DNA of 64,000 nt from Macrostomum lignano (taxonomy: Eukaryota). Location of the stretch: NCBI GenBank assembly GCA_002269645.1, contig NIVC01001037.1:124001-188000 (forward strand), given 5' to 3'. The position numbers and the translations under genes were made by a program. Position 1 is the first letter of the stretch; each line of letters starts with the position of its first letter. Below the pieces are notes generated by a model that saw nothing but the letters and a program-made list of their open reading frames with translations, had not been told where the DNA came from and ran no database searches. Below, one piece after another: positions 35,850 through 48,558 of this stretch.

Positions 35850-37000
35850 ATGAATCTTAAGATTGGTGCAGGGACGAAACTTAAGATTGGTGTAGGGACG
35901 AATCTCAAGATTGGTGTAGGGACGAATCTTAAGATTGGTGTAGGGCGAATCTTAAGATTGGTGTAGGGACGAATCTTAAGATTGGTGTAGGGCGAATCTT
36001 AAGATTGGTGTAGGGACGAATCTTAAGATTGGTGTAGGGACGAATCTTAAGATTGGTGTAGGGCGAATCTTAAGATTGGTGTAGGGACGAATCTTAAGAT
36101 TGGTGTAGGGACGAATCTTAAGATTGGTGTAGGGCGAATCTTAAGATTGGTGTAGGGATGAATCTTAAGATTGGTGTAGGGACGAATCTTAAGATTGGTG
36201 TAGGGCGAATCTTAAGATTGGTGTAGGAACGAATCTTAAGATTGGTGTAGGGATGAATCTTAAGATTGGTGTAGGAACGAATCTTAAGATTGGTGTAGGG
36301 ATGAATCTTAAGATTGGTGTAGGGACGAATCTTAAGATTGGTTCAGTGGCGATTCTCACTGGTGGTTCAGTGGCGATTCTCACTGGTGGTTCAGTGGCGA
36401 TTCTCACTGGTGGTTTAGTGGCGATTCTCACTGGTGGTTTAGTGGCGATTCTCACTGGTGGTTTAGTGGCGATTCTCACTGGTGGTTTAATGGCGATTCT
36501 CACTGGTGGTTTAGTGGCGATTCTCACTGGTGGTTTAATGGCGATTCTCACTGGTGGTTTAATGGCGATTCTCACTGGTGGTTTAGTGGCGATTCTCACT
36601 GGTGGTTCAGTGGCGATTCTCACTGGTGGTTTAGTGGCGATTCTCACTGGTGGTTTAGTGGCGATTCTCACTGGTGGTTTAGTGGCGATTCTCACTGGTG
36701 GTTCAGTGGCGATTCTCACTGGTGGTTTAGTGGCGATTCTCACTGGTGGTTTAGTGGCGATTCTCACTAGTGGTTTAGTGGCGATTCTCACTAGTGGTTT
36801 AGTGGCGATTCTCACTAGTGGTTTAATGGCGATTCTCACTGGTGGTTTAGTGGCGATTCTCACTGGTGGTTTAGTGGCGATTCTCACTAGTGGTTTAGTG
36901 GCGATTCTCACTGGTGGTTCAGTGGCGATTCTCACTGGTGGTTCAGTGGCGATTCTCACTGGTGGTTTAGTGGCGATTCTCACTGGTGGTTTAGTGGCAA
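35850..37000. repeat. Two abutting 24-bp minisatellites: ACGAATCTTAAGATTGGTGTAGGG (35850-36340) and GTGGCGATTCTCACTGGTGGTTTA (36340-37000)
   Basis: Both have an 8-codon period in the spurious ORF 36253-37020. The first unit contains the perfect palindrome AATCTTAAGATT. Confidence 0.95.
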
Positions 37001-37181
37001 GTTCCATAAGATTTTGGTAGATCTAAAGTCTAGACCATCTAGGAATGAATAAGGCGGACATAAATTTGAAGCATCAATTAACAAGCATTAAAATCTGAAT
37101 TGAGATCAAAGGTCTTTCACACAAAAACTGTTGTTAAAAGAAACAAACAGCCTAGAGTCTTCACTGTGCGACAAACAGCTG

Positions 37182-38573
37182 TCAATCAAATAGTGACAGG
37201 CCCTCGTCTTTCTCCTCCTCCTCATCTCCCCGCTCCCTGCCAGCAGCTCTGTCGGCCTCTGCGCTGCCAATCTCGCTCCTGCCAACGTCAGCGAGCAGGT
37301 TGGCCTGCAGGCTGGCAATGAGGGCTTCGTCCGCAGAATTTCTGCCCTCGCTGTCCTGCTCGCGAGCGGCCACGGACATGAGGATTGCCTCGCTGAGCAG
37401 CTTGTCGACCTCGCCAGATACGTACTCGTGAGTCTCGGGCGTCTGCAGGCGGTCACTGCCGGGCAGCCGGAACAGATCTGGCAGGTTGTCAGCGTCAGCA
37501 TCTACGGCTGCTAATTGCTGAGCTTGCGGCTGCTCCAGCAGTGTCTGCTGCAGCCGAGACGCCATGTCGCCGCTTTGTGCGTCCTCCCACTGGCCCTGGC
37601 GGGTTTTAGAAAGACTGATGACATGTCATCGCGTCGATTTTGATTTTGATGATGGTAGATAACGCTAAATTGCGAGGCTGCACTACTATCCTAGAATATA
37701 GTAGCTTTTATTTTAGCACTTTTTGTAACTCGGCGCTTTTCAGCCAGTCGACAGCCCACTGCAAATTTTTGGCCTTCTATATAAGAAACTAGGCGGTTGT
37801 AGCCTATTGGTTAGCCTAGAGCGTCAGATTCACGACTTGAAGGTCGGGGGTTCGATTTCCGATCCCACTGGAACAATTTGTGTCCTTGAGAAAGACACTT
37901 AACTCTGCATTGCTTCAGTTCACCCGCCATGTAAAATGGGTGCCAGCATTAGCTGGGGTAATTGAGGGTGTGTGTGGCGACCCCCCAGTCCTTTGACTGC
38001 AGCTGAGCTGTCGGTTGCACATCACTCATTATTATTATTATTTCTTCAACTGCTCTGCCTTTGTGACCACCTTGGCACTATAAAGGCCAACTGCCATTCG
38101 CTCACCTGCGTGAGCCGGAACGTGTCCCCGGCGCCTCCAGACGACGAGGCAGTCAAACTCGGCGCCGGGGACAGCGGAGGCGGAGCGGGCGATTCGGCGG
38201 CTGTCGCTGGTGCGCCACCTGCTGAGCCACGCTGGCGGGCCCGCTGCTGCATCAGCTCCACGCCCTGCGTCTCGTAGGCGGTGCCGTCTCGAACGAACTC
38301 CAAGCGGTGAGGGCTGCGCTTCGGGTGCAACGGATAGACGAACGTCTCCCAATTGAGGTTGGCGACGCCAACTTCGATAGCTCTGGCCAGGTGCTGCTTG
38401 ATGAAGGCCACGTGATCCTGCGGCTGCTCAACCATCAGGACGGCGACTAAACTGCGAAACAGCTGGGGAATCCGGTGCCTCTCCAGGTACTCCACTGCGC
38501 CTGGCCGGCAGAGCTCCGCATAGCCGAGTACATCCGGGCCCATCATAGTCTGAGTGGAGTCCGCTGCTGACAT
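37182..38573 (-). CDS. Protein with an N-terminal AK5-type RIIa-like docking/dimerisation domain and an acidic low-complexity tail, no kinase domain, ~293 aa
   Basis: Exons 38573-38106 and 37595-37182 (phase 0, GTGAG/CCAG). AVEYLERHRIPQLFRSLVAVLMVEQPQDHVAFIKQHL..AIEVG...LNWETFV parallels the AK5 N-terminus (AKEYLARREIPQLFESLL..LM..KPEDPVEYL...VKWDTFV, from memory). Confidence 0.8.
37792..38043 (+). mobile_element. tRNA-derived CORE-like SINE, copy 3 (internally deleted), in an intron
   Basis: Same head, CORE-like block and (ATT)n tail as 13754-14080; lacks about 40 bp of the 3' body. Confidence 0.85.
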
Positions 38574-40061
38574 ACTTCAAGGCTGGCTAGAAAAGAGCTG
38601 ACAGGCATGCATGAGAAAGATTTGCTTTGCTGAGTTTTAGATCTTTTGTCAAGATGTTCCCCCCCCCCCAGTGAAAATGAGGTGTCATGTATGTCATGTT
38701 TGCAAGAATATTTCTTCCAGTGGCTATTCTGAGTGTGCACATGATTGGTGCTGACTGGCATCAATTTTATGATGCTAAATTTACATAAACATTCACAAGT
38801 ATAGATTTCATTTTGGCATCAAGATTATATGCCCATAATTTCAATGGAAAACCAAGTAAGTTAGGTGAAAGATTGGAACTAAAATCTGTGATATGCCTAC
38901 CTAGTTAGCTATAAAACCCCCATTTTCTTATAGGGCAAGAATTAAACATTTATATCATAACAAATGATGCCCGCTTCAGTATTTTAAGCTTAGATAAAAC
39001 AAAAATTCCTTTATCTAGGCATTTAGATATTCTTTTTCTATTATTCAATTATATTATATTAAATCATTTTAATGTACCAATATTCTATCTTTAATAAAAA
39101 TTCTTTTAAAAAGCACTTGTTTATTATTAGACTATAGATGTTAGTATAGAATAGTATAGAGATAGTATAGAAAAACCATATTAAATTAATTTTCCTCTCA
39201 TCTTAGTAACACAATAAAATACAAGTTTGACTATGGCAAAAAACTCTTACAAATGAAATAGCTTGTTTGATAACTAAAATTTTCAGTTTTAAAAACCAAA
39301 TATCCTAGATAGAAATATTAAAAAACCAATAGGTATATATTTATTTTAATAGGTTTTAAAACTATATAAATAAACTAGTTAGCAAAAGTCAAAACAAATA
39401 CTATGAAATTTGTTTTGAAATTTGTTTTGAAATTTTTACCTATTTCACAATAAAAAGCTTTTGCTTTGGGGCAACTTGGAAACTAAATAAAAAGAATAGA
39501 TCCTAGTGAAAAGTCCAAAGTTTTTTTAGAATAGAGCCTGTTATTTTTTCTTTGGCTGGTGGTGGCAAGTGGCCAGGCTTGCACTGCCATTACTCTAATG
39601 GATTACCTTATTGCTGACTTGCAGGTACTTGAGCTGACCCCTCAGGCTGCTGCTGCCTGCCCCTCCCACCTATTCTATGAGTGCATGCATGCAAGGGGCT
39701 TTCCCTCTGTGTCTTATTATATAATACATTGCACCCTATTCTAATTCAGCTATGTCATTATTATTTATCTATGGCACAAACAAAACATATATCAAAAAAA
39801 TTACTAGTAGAACAATGTAGCATTATATTTAAAGAAAATTACAATCAATAATTTTACTTCTAAGATGGAGTTCGTGCAACTACTAAGGCTGCTAAGTATA
39901 AACTTGTCTCCAATTATAATTTATAGTAATAATAGGAATATAAATATAGCAAAAAGCATTTAGAATTGGTAATATTAACATTTCAAAGACTTTATTACAG
40001 TTTGGGAACTAGGTTGAAACAAAAAAGCTAAAATATAGTTAAAATGCAGAATCAGAAACTT

Positions 40062-40232
40062 TTTAACCTAAGCAAAACTGACTAGTCTTGCAATATTGAC
40101 TTGTGATTAGATACTCGTATTTAACCTAAGCAAAACTGACTAGTCTTGCAATATTGACTTGTGATTAGATACTCGTATTTAACCTAAGCAAAACTGACTA
40201 GTCTTGCAATATTGACTTGTGATTAGATACTG
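40062..40232. repeat. 58-bp unit, about three tandem copies
   Basis: TTAACCTAAGCAAAACTGACTAGTCTTGCAATATTGACTTGTGATTAGATACT repeats at a period of 58. Confidence 0.9.
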
Positions 40233-40671
40233 GTAAGATCTTTCTCACCCAGTTAGTTTAATTCGTTATTTAACTAACGAATAAATAAAAAACATTTATA
40301 AAATGAATATATCATTACAAGTTAAATTCAGTCTAGAAACAAATTAAGCGCATAAACAAATTTTGCCTAGTTTTAAAAGCCTTATAGGATTAGATACGTA
40401 TTTCTTGCTTTTGCGATAATAAAAATCTTTTTTAAACACACACGTACTTATGCAGATATTGGCAAGTAATGCTTAATAATTTCTTTACAACAGTATTAAC
40501 GTATAACCAGATGTTAACTTGTTGCCTTCTGTTAGCCAATACAACCTTTGTTCCAGACAATTTTTTTATTTGAGAATCTTTTTTTCAAGCGCTTCAAAGA
40601 CGTATTTAAGGACATCCAACTTTTGTTGCACAGGTACAAGCTAATACATTTTAATTTACTTGTAATAATAC

Positions 40672-41000
40672 ATGTAATTGATTACACCTGCTGCTACCGA
40701 CCAGCTTAGCCGCAGCTATTGCGTGGCGCATCTGAAGGCTGCGTACGGCTGTTCAGTCCAAGTACTGGGGGTTGCCACATACACCTTCAATCATCCCAGC
40801 TAATGCTGGTAATTAACTATTTTACAGGTGGGTGAAGCACATGTACATGTATTTACATGTATACTTACTACTGATGAAGCAATGCAAATCAGTTAGGTGT
40901 CTTGTTCAACGACACAAATTGTTCCAGTGGGATCGGGAATCGAACCCCCGACCTTCAAATCGGGAGTCAGGCGCTCAAGTCACTGGGCTAAAACTCCCTT
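40672..41000 (-). mobile_element. tRNA-derived CORE-like SINE, copy 4 (diverged, with an internal ACATGT-rich insertion)
   Basis: Reverse-complement homology to copy 1, with ~35 bp of extra CACATGTACATGTATTTACATGTATAC inside the central domain. Confidence 0.8.
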
Positions 41001-41662
41001 GTTTTTATTACTTAGCGTCTTAGTAACCTTTAGTAGTACATGCACATGCATAAACCACGGTAAAATGGTAGCTCATGGGCTTTCGGTCATCAACTAATTA
41101 ACCTTTAACTTGTGTTGGTATTAATTGAAAAATGGAATATCATAACAGCATTCTCCCAAAACTGCTGCTTGTACTGTACATGCGTATGCATCTATAACGC
41201 AAATTATTGTAGTGTAAATATTATGTAAGTAACCACAGTTGCTTTTGATTGTACATGTTTGGTAACCCTTATGTGTATGCAATGAATATTGGTCACGGGA
41301 AGTTGTCCTCTGCTAGACATTGTCCTCGCAAGCTAGGCTGCACTTGGGCACACAGAGTGTTGAATGTCAACGAGCTTTCATATGTGTGCTGCATGGCAAT
41401 GCTAAACTTGCGTATTGCTTACCCACCGATCAAATTTTACTGAAGCCTACAGCTCTTAAAAAAGGAGACAATTTACGGGGGCAGCAGATTAAAGTACACG
41501 GTTCAGAGATGCTCTTTAAATTGTATACAGCCGTTGAATAACGGTACTCTCCTTAGCTAAAAGACAGCATATGTGCAATTAGGCCATTTTAAAGCTACGT
41601 TGGAGCATTTCATTACAGTGTGAAACTGCAAAAAATGTTTCAGGAAACCCAAAAGCAGCTCC

Positions 41663-44600
41663 ATGGCAGTCTATGGGACAAAGGAGTGCAGCCATCTGCG
41701 ATGCCTCAAAGCGGGAAACCTGGACGCCATCGTTGATGCAGTTGTACCCGTCGATGCGGCCGATTCAAGGCCGGTTGACTGCCAGCACATGCACGCTCTG
41801 CTCACAACCTATCCAGCTTTTGCTACGGATCGCGAGCTGCTGGCGTCGATTGTTTACAAGTAAGCTGATTTTCACGTCTCACATACATGAATGCACACGT
41901 ACAGTAGCTGTAGGTGAAACCAGTCATTTTAGTTCTAACTTGAGAGCCTATAGCTATATATTTGTCAATATGAATTCGAATTCAGGCAATTCGATCTTTC
42001 CAGGCTTGAAATTTGCGCCAACAGCGACTCGAAACTGGCCAAGCGCAGGAGAGAGGCACTGTATGCAACGTTAAAGGAGTTCCTATCGATCCTTTTTGAC
42101 AGACCTTCAAATGAAGTCTTCGCGACGGTGAAATCAAATCAAGCAGTTGCAGGTAACAGAGCGCGCGCGCAAACTACCGAAACAATCGAACAATTGCCCA
42201 CCTCTAGGAACGCTCTGATCCCAACTGAACAGTCAGACCTATCTATCGAGCTAGCGAAAACATCAGCGACAGTCCGAGCGGAAATCGTATCTGAAGATGA
42301 AGAAGCTGCATCACAGACACCACTCGAGTCTCTTCTCCATCGCTTGCAGAATCTGCAAAGGCCTTTGCCTTGGTGTCTCGTCAGCCTAGTAGCAGACGTC
42401 CTCAGTCGAAGGCCACAAAGCCAAGCCGAGATCGCCTGCACACCGCCATCACCCGTCCGTCGCCGGCGCTTAGATTGGGACTCGCTCGACAACCGGCAAG
42501 TGGCTGAGCAGCTGACTCGCCAGGACGCCAGCCTGATGCTTCGGCTTCGACTGCACGAATGCCTCGGTGTCTTCTGGGGCAGGCGTCAGTCGCCAAGCGT
42601 CAGCGCTACGGTCCAACAGTTTAACAGAGTTTGCGGCTCCGTTACGGCCACCGTCGCTGGTGGCGTCGGTAAGCCGTCCAGGCGGCAGTCGGCAGAGCGG
42701 TGGCTCGATATCTATCGACTGCTGCTGGCTCGAAGAAATTTTGCCTCAGCGTTCGCCATTGCTTCCGCGCTCAACTCGGAGCCGATTCGCCGGTTGCTAC
42801 CGACGCACTTGCTAGATAGAGTGACCAACTCCAGCCGTGGCGTGGCTTGGCTCATCAATCCGGATGACAATTTTTCCGCGCTTCGTCAAGCCATGGACGG
42901 AGCGGCTGGTGGCAGCACGCTAAACCTGCCCGATCCTGAGTCTGCAACGGTGCGTTCGATTGTTTGTAAACATCATACTGCTTCACTTGGATAGAAGAAT
43001 TAAATGCAGGTCCCACTCATCAGTTCATGCATTCCCGGTTACAAATCAAACCTTCCTTGTGGGAAATCCAGAATGTCTTCTTTGAATGCACTGCAAATGC
43101 ATAGAAGCTGGTATATTCGTTTAGATAAGGTATTAACCGATGATAAATCTATATCAGGCTATGCAGTTAGAAGCAATGATATTAATATGTACAACGTGTA
43201 GCCTATTTACTGCACTGCCTTCACTGTAACTATCGCAGTGAGTATTTTGTTCGAAAACTGCGCAGTTGCCCATCCATGGCATTTAGAAAAGGTCAGAGTG
43301 GCTTGCGCGTGTAATTTCGTAATTCCATTAACCTGTTGCATATCAGTCCTTCTTCGAGGCGCAGCATTTTGTTAGCTGATTGCGAAATATTGGAACAGCT
43401 GCTACTTTCGGCTGGGCTGTGTCAACTGCTGACGAAAGTGCTCATAGCTATAGATAGAAAAGCAGATTCAAAATGTACTTTGACATTATTCATCACGTCA
43501 CTCCATTCGGAGCTCTTCACAAATCTGCACTGCAGTTGCCGCGCGGCGAGCAGGAGGTGGGGACGATCCCATTTCTTGGCGTGTTCCTCACCGATCTGGA
43601 GCGACTTCACAGCTCCATGCCGGACAGGCTCAGCAATGGCCTCATCAACTTTGAGAAGCGCCTGCGCGAGTACAGCGGAGCTCTGGCCAAGCTGCGGCTG
43701 TACCAAATCTCCTGCCGGCGGTACCGCTACCCGAGGACGCGGGCTTCGATCACTGGTTCTACAGCGTGCTCAAGCCGATGCCTGACAGAGAGGCTGTTCA
43801 CGTCAGCGGAGTTTTGCTGAACTTCTACAGCCGGCAGTTGGACCGACGGGGACAGCTCGAGGCACCTCCCAGGCCCAGAAATCGGTGCGAGTCCTGAGAT
43901 GTACAGTGTACATGCCTGAGCGCTCTGGTAGTGGACAACTCTAGTAGCAGGCCACTCGAAGGTCTTCAGTTTTCACCTCTACAGATTCCCAAAGTCTCAG
44001 CTCCATGACTCCAGAAACTTGTCACAAATCCCAAGTTTGTCGATAAAGAACTGACACTTTTTTTGGGAGCTCTGCTTTGTTTGTTGCGTTTGTAATGCGA
44101 AAATTCAGAAGGTGAAATAGTGGGCTCCAGGGAGATCAAAATCATGAGATCTCGAACTTTAGTGTTGAACTCGCAGAGTTTTCCAAGCTTTTCTCTAACT
44201 GTCGTTCTTAAAATTTTCTGTTACACATGCAGGACAGCTGGACTGCCTACACAGACAGTTGGCCTTCGTCATGTGAGTTGCGCTGTTTCAAGGAAAACAT
44301 GGAGTTTGAGTCGGACACATTGAGTCATTAAAAGTTTTGTGAAATATGGAATTCGAGACATAGACAGATTGGCTCATAGATATGTAGGATCTTAAACAGA
44401 TGCGGTTAAAGGCAGTTTGGGTCACATAAAGTTAAGGTGGACAGATTGGGTTATAGATATCTTTGAGCATAGACAGTTTGGGTCATAGACACATTGGGTC
44501 AAAGATAGGAAGATAGGTTGGATCATAGACAGGTAGGGTCATAGATAGGTTGGGTTTTAGACAGGTTGGGTTTTAGACAAATTGTTTCGGTCCCAGACGG

Positions 44601-46373
44601 GTTGAATCCGAGACAGATTTGGTCATAGATTGGTTGGTTCAAAAACAGGTTGAATCCGAGACAGATTTGGTCATAGATTGGTTGGTTCAAAAACAGGTTG
44701 AATCCGAGACAGATTTGGTCATAGATTGGTTGGTTCAAAAACAGGTTGAATCCGAGACAGATTTGGTCATAGATTGGTTGGTTCAAAAACAGGTTGAATC
44801 CGAGACAGATTGGGTCATAGATTGGTTGGTTCAAAAACAGGTTGAATCCGAGACAGATTGGGTCATAGATTGGTTGGTTCAAAAACAGGTTGAATCCGAG
44901 ACAGATTGGGTCATAGATTGGTTGGTTCAAAAACAGGTTGAATCCGAGACAGATTTGGTCATAGATTGGTTGGTTCAAAAACAGGTTGAATCCGAGACAG
45001 ATTGGGTCATAGATTGGTTGGTTCAAAAACAGGTTGAATCCGAGACAGATTGGGTCATAGATTGGTTGGTTCAAAAACAGGTTGAATCCGAGACAGATTG
45101 GGTCATAGATTGGTTGGTTCAAAAACAGGTTGAATCCGAGACAGATTGGGTCATAGATTGGTTGGTTCAAAAACAGGTTGAATCCGAGACAGATTGGGTC
45201 ATAGATTGGTTGGTTCAAAAACAGGTTGAATCCGAGACAGATTTGGTCATAGATTGGTTGGTTCAAAAACAGGTTGAATCCGAGACAGATTGGGTCATAG
45301 ATTGGTTGGTTCAAAAACAGGTTGAATCCGAGACAGATTGGGTCATAGATTGGTTGGTTCAAAAACAGGTTGAATCCGAGACAGATTGGGTCATAGATTG
45401 GTTGGTTCAAAAACAGGTTGAATCCGAGACAGATTGGGTCATAGATTGGTTGGTTCAAAAACAGGTTGAATCCGAGACAGATTGGGTCATAGATTGGTTG
45501 GGTCAAAGACAGGTTGGGTCATAGATATGTTGGGTCATAGACAGATTGCTTTATAGATATGTTGTGTCGAAGACTGGTTTGGGCTATAGACAGATTGAGT
45601 CATAGATAGGTTGGGTCATAGATAGGTTGGGCCATGGACAGATTGGGTCATAGATAGGTTGGGTCATAGATAGGTTGGGCCATGGACAGATTGGGTCATA
45701 GACAGGTTGGGTCATAAACAGATTATTGCATGCAGGTCACATACAGTTCTATTCGCCCATCTCCCACACAAGCAATTCGATGCCGCCCACTCGGTGTCGG
45801 TGCCGGCCCCTGCCGCCAGTCAAGTCACTGCCAAGCCAGTCGGCTGGGCCAAAGATGCACTTTTAGTCCAGTTTCAACTTCAGCTGCCCAGATCCGGCCG
45901 CTTCCCAGTTAGAGAAATTGACGAGCTGGAGGCGATACGAAAAACCGTGGCGGTAAGCGCGCGGCCTTAGCCGGTAGCTGGCATCCCTAGAGTTAATTAT
46001 AGACCTGAAGCTCTCCACTTCCTCTTTATCAGATTTTACCGAACCAGAAGGCGGCGCAGGTGATCGGCCAGGTGCTGGAAAAATTTCAATTTCAATGCGG
46101 AATTCATTTTTCACCGGACGAATTTCAATTAGTACAATTGGAACCGGCTGGTTCGATTAGACTTGGAGGTGATTGTCTTTGGTGCACTACTGACACCTTA
46201 TCAAGCAGTAGTGCGATATGATTTTTATCGAAATTCAATGATATTTTGCAGAGCGCGGTCGTAAAATTCCGGACGATTGCAACTTGTTCTACGGTCTGAA
46301 GACGGCTGACCGGGCAGGGGAGCGGCGGCCGCCCGTCTGCGCGCTCAGACATGTCAGCCTGCCTGACAGCTGA
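41663..46373 (+). CDS. RGL: RalGDS/RGL-family Ras-GEF (REM + CDC25 + Ras-association domain)
   Basis: Exons 41663-41859, 42004-42949, 43536-43884, 43985-44034, 44233-44272, 45736-45952, 46033-46150, 46252-46373. REM LKAGNL..LLTTYPAF, CDC25 VAEQLTRQDA, NFASAFAIASAL, GTIPFLGVFLTDL, GLINFEKR, and RA domain KAAQVIGQVLEKF...KIPDDCNLFYGL. Phases close only if one base is added near 43730. An upstream exon is possible (acceptor at 41643). Confidence 0.88.
44520..45720. repeat. Intronic minisatellite, 48-bp unit ATAGATTGGTTGGTTCAAAAACAGGTTGAATCCGAGACAGAT(T/G)GGTC, with degenerate shorter-unit flanks
   Basis: ~19 near-identical core copies (44600-45500); flanks of ATAGA(C/T)AG(G/A)TTGGGTC-type subunits. 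Confidence 0.96.
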
Positions 46374-46954
46374 CTGCGCAAACACGGAACTAGAGATGTT
46401 TGTTTGGAAACAATTGTTCCTAGGTTTGCATCGTTGCTAGGCTACAACAGTTGCCAGGCGGTCCAAAGTCCATGGTCCCAATTGCCTTAACTGTTTTTAG
46501 CTGTTTATTTAGCTACCTACTAACCGCAGCCAAAACTGCTTAACTAGCAGCTGGGCAGGTAGCCGGGAGCACCGCATTAAAAATGCAGCAAAATCATCTC
46601 CAGCTCTCGCGATGCGATGTTGCTGTTTAAAATGCAGCTTATCCCGAAAATGTGATCCATGATCCGAAATTTCCAATTCAGCCCTAGCGCTGACTCGATG
46701 TAATATATTATATGTATATTCTGTTTAATATGCAAGTGTACTTATCTAATACATTATGCATGCACTCAAGCCGAATGAAGTACTGCATTGGTGTTTTCAA
46801 ATGCAGCCGAGTTATGAAATTAGCGTGCAATTATTCAAAGCGAATTCATTTTTGCTGCACTTTCTAAATTCTATTTTAAAGGAAATGATGAAAATGAATA
46901 ATTTGACGATTATTTGTTTAAGCTTCAGTTAACAACTATAAACGATTGTTGTGT

Positions 46955-47141
46955 AGAAACGGTTGTTATGTAGAAACGGTTGTTATGTAGAAACGGTTGT
47001 TATGTAGAAACGGTTGTTATGTAGAAACGGTTGTTATGTAGAAACGGTTGTTATGTAGAAACGGTTGTTATGTAGAAACGGTTGTTATGTAGAAACGGTT
47101 GTTATGTAGAAACGGTTGCTAGGTAGAAACGGTTGCTAGGT
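46955..47141. repeat. 17-bp minisatellite GTAGAAACGGTTGTTAT
   Basis: ~11 copies. Degenerate units continue beyond the LINE and SINE insertions to about 48595. Confidence 0.92.
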
Positions 47142-48127
47142 CATCGAGGAAGCGCGGACCCGCCAGTCGAGCCTGATCGCTCTATTTATTGACTTCAGGA
47201 AGGCTTTCGACTCGGTCGTGAGGGCTGAGCTCCCAATGGTTTTACGTGCGTAAACGTGCCAGAGCAGCTGATTTCCGATGTCATGGCGCTGTATCATGGC
47301 ACGAGTGCTGCTGTGCTAACACCGGACGGCTTGTCGGATTTCTTTGAGACATCCTCTGAGGTGCTTCAGAGAGATACGCTTGCGCCGTTCCTGTTCGTCC
47401 TGGTGCTTGACTGGGTGCTGCGGACTGCTTTTCCTTCTAACGACGACGCGGCCTCCTGCTGCAGCGACGCGTGGGTCGGCGCCCACCGGAGAGGCGGCTC
47501 AACGTGCTTGGCTACGCCGACGATCCCGCCCTGCTGTCCTCAATTGTCGAGGGCGCTCAGCACCAGCTGGACAAGCTAGTTTCTGCTGCGGCGAGTGTCG
47601 GCCTGGTGGTCAACACGCAGAAGACCGCCGTGCTCTGCGTGCCGGAGGACATCGAGGCTGCAATTTTCTGCCGAGGCGCTGACGGACAGGTGAAGAAGCT
47701 CCCGCGTTGTCAGCAGTTTGTCTACCTCGGCGGTCTGGTGCCTGACGTTCGCGAGGACCTGCGACGTCGCTGTGGACTTGACTGGGCTGCCTTCCGCTCT
47801 GTGAGGGCAGTCCTGCAGTCTGAGGCCTTGCCTGACCGCCAGAGGGCGGCGTTGTTCCAGGCGGTGATCGAGACCGTCCTGCTGTACAACGCCGAGACCT
47901 GGCGCTGATGCAGACACTCTATCGTCGCACCGGACTGTCCTGTCCCGGCGAACTGTTGCACCGTCGGCGACTCCAGTTGGCAGGCCTTTTCATCCGAGTC
48001 GAGTCGTACTGCCCACAGCCGGTGCAGGAGGTGCTGCTGCTGACAATGTATTTTGTTGTTGTTGTTGTTGGCTGACAATGTATTTTGTTGTTGTTGTTGT
48101 TGGCTGACAATGTATTTTGTTGTTGTT
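47142..48127 (+). mobile_element. 5'-truncated degenerate RTE-clade LINE (reverse transcriptase fragment)
   Basis: Frames give FIDFRKAFDSV, VLQRDTLAPFLF, LGYADD, VNTQKT, FVYLGG and TVLLYNAETW with stops and frameshifts. (TTG)n-containing tail repeated three times. Flanking GTTGCTAGGT at 47132-47141 and 48128-48137. Confidence 0.9.
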
Positions 48128-48198
48128 GTTGCTAGGTGGAACCGCGGTTGCTAAGTAGAAACTTTGCTAGGTATAAATGCTTACTAGGTAAAATGGTT

Positions 48199-48558
48199 AG
48201 GGGGGCCGTAGCCCAGCGGTAGCGCAGCTGCTCTGGTGTGCCAGCGACCCAGGCTCGATTCCAAGTGCAGTCACATTAATTTGGGGCTGAATTGGAATCT
48301 CGGCTTGGCTCTGCTCGTGCAATTAACGGCCTTGAGAGCCAACCCCCCAAGGCGCAGTGAAGTGTACATGCCTAACGATAAAATAAAGTTAAGGCCGCTT
48401 TACACTCCCGTGTGAGTGTGTGCCTGCGTACGTATCCGCGCGCTTGTGTGCCTGCTCAGGGGAGTCGGCGGAATGGGCAGTAATGCCTCTCGCCGGTTGT
48501 GTGCCTATTTCGCTTAAAGTGCGCCAGGGTGCACACAACCCCCTGCCTCTAATAAAAA
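48199..48558 (+). mobile_element. Second tRNA-derived SINE family, full-length 360 bp with 13-bp TSD
   Basis: Head GGGGCCGTAGCCCAGCGG (A-box) ... GGCTCGATTCC (B-box). 3' 10-bp stem GGTTGTGTGC/GCACACAACC and an AATAAAAA tail. TSD AGGTAAAATGGTT at 48186-48198 and 48559-48571. Confidence 0.88.
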
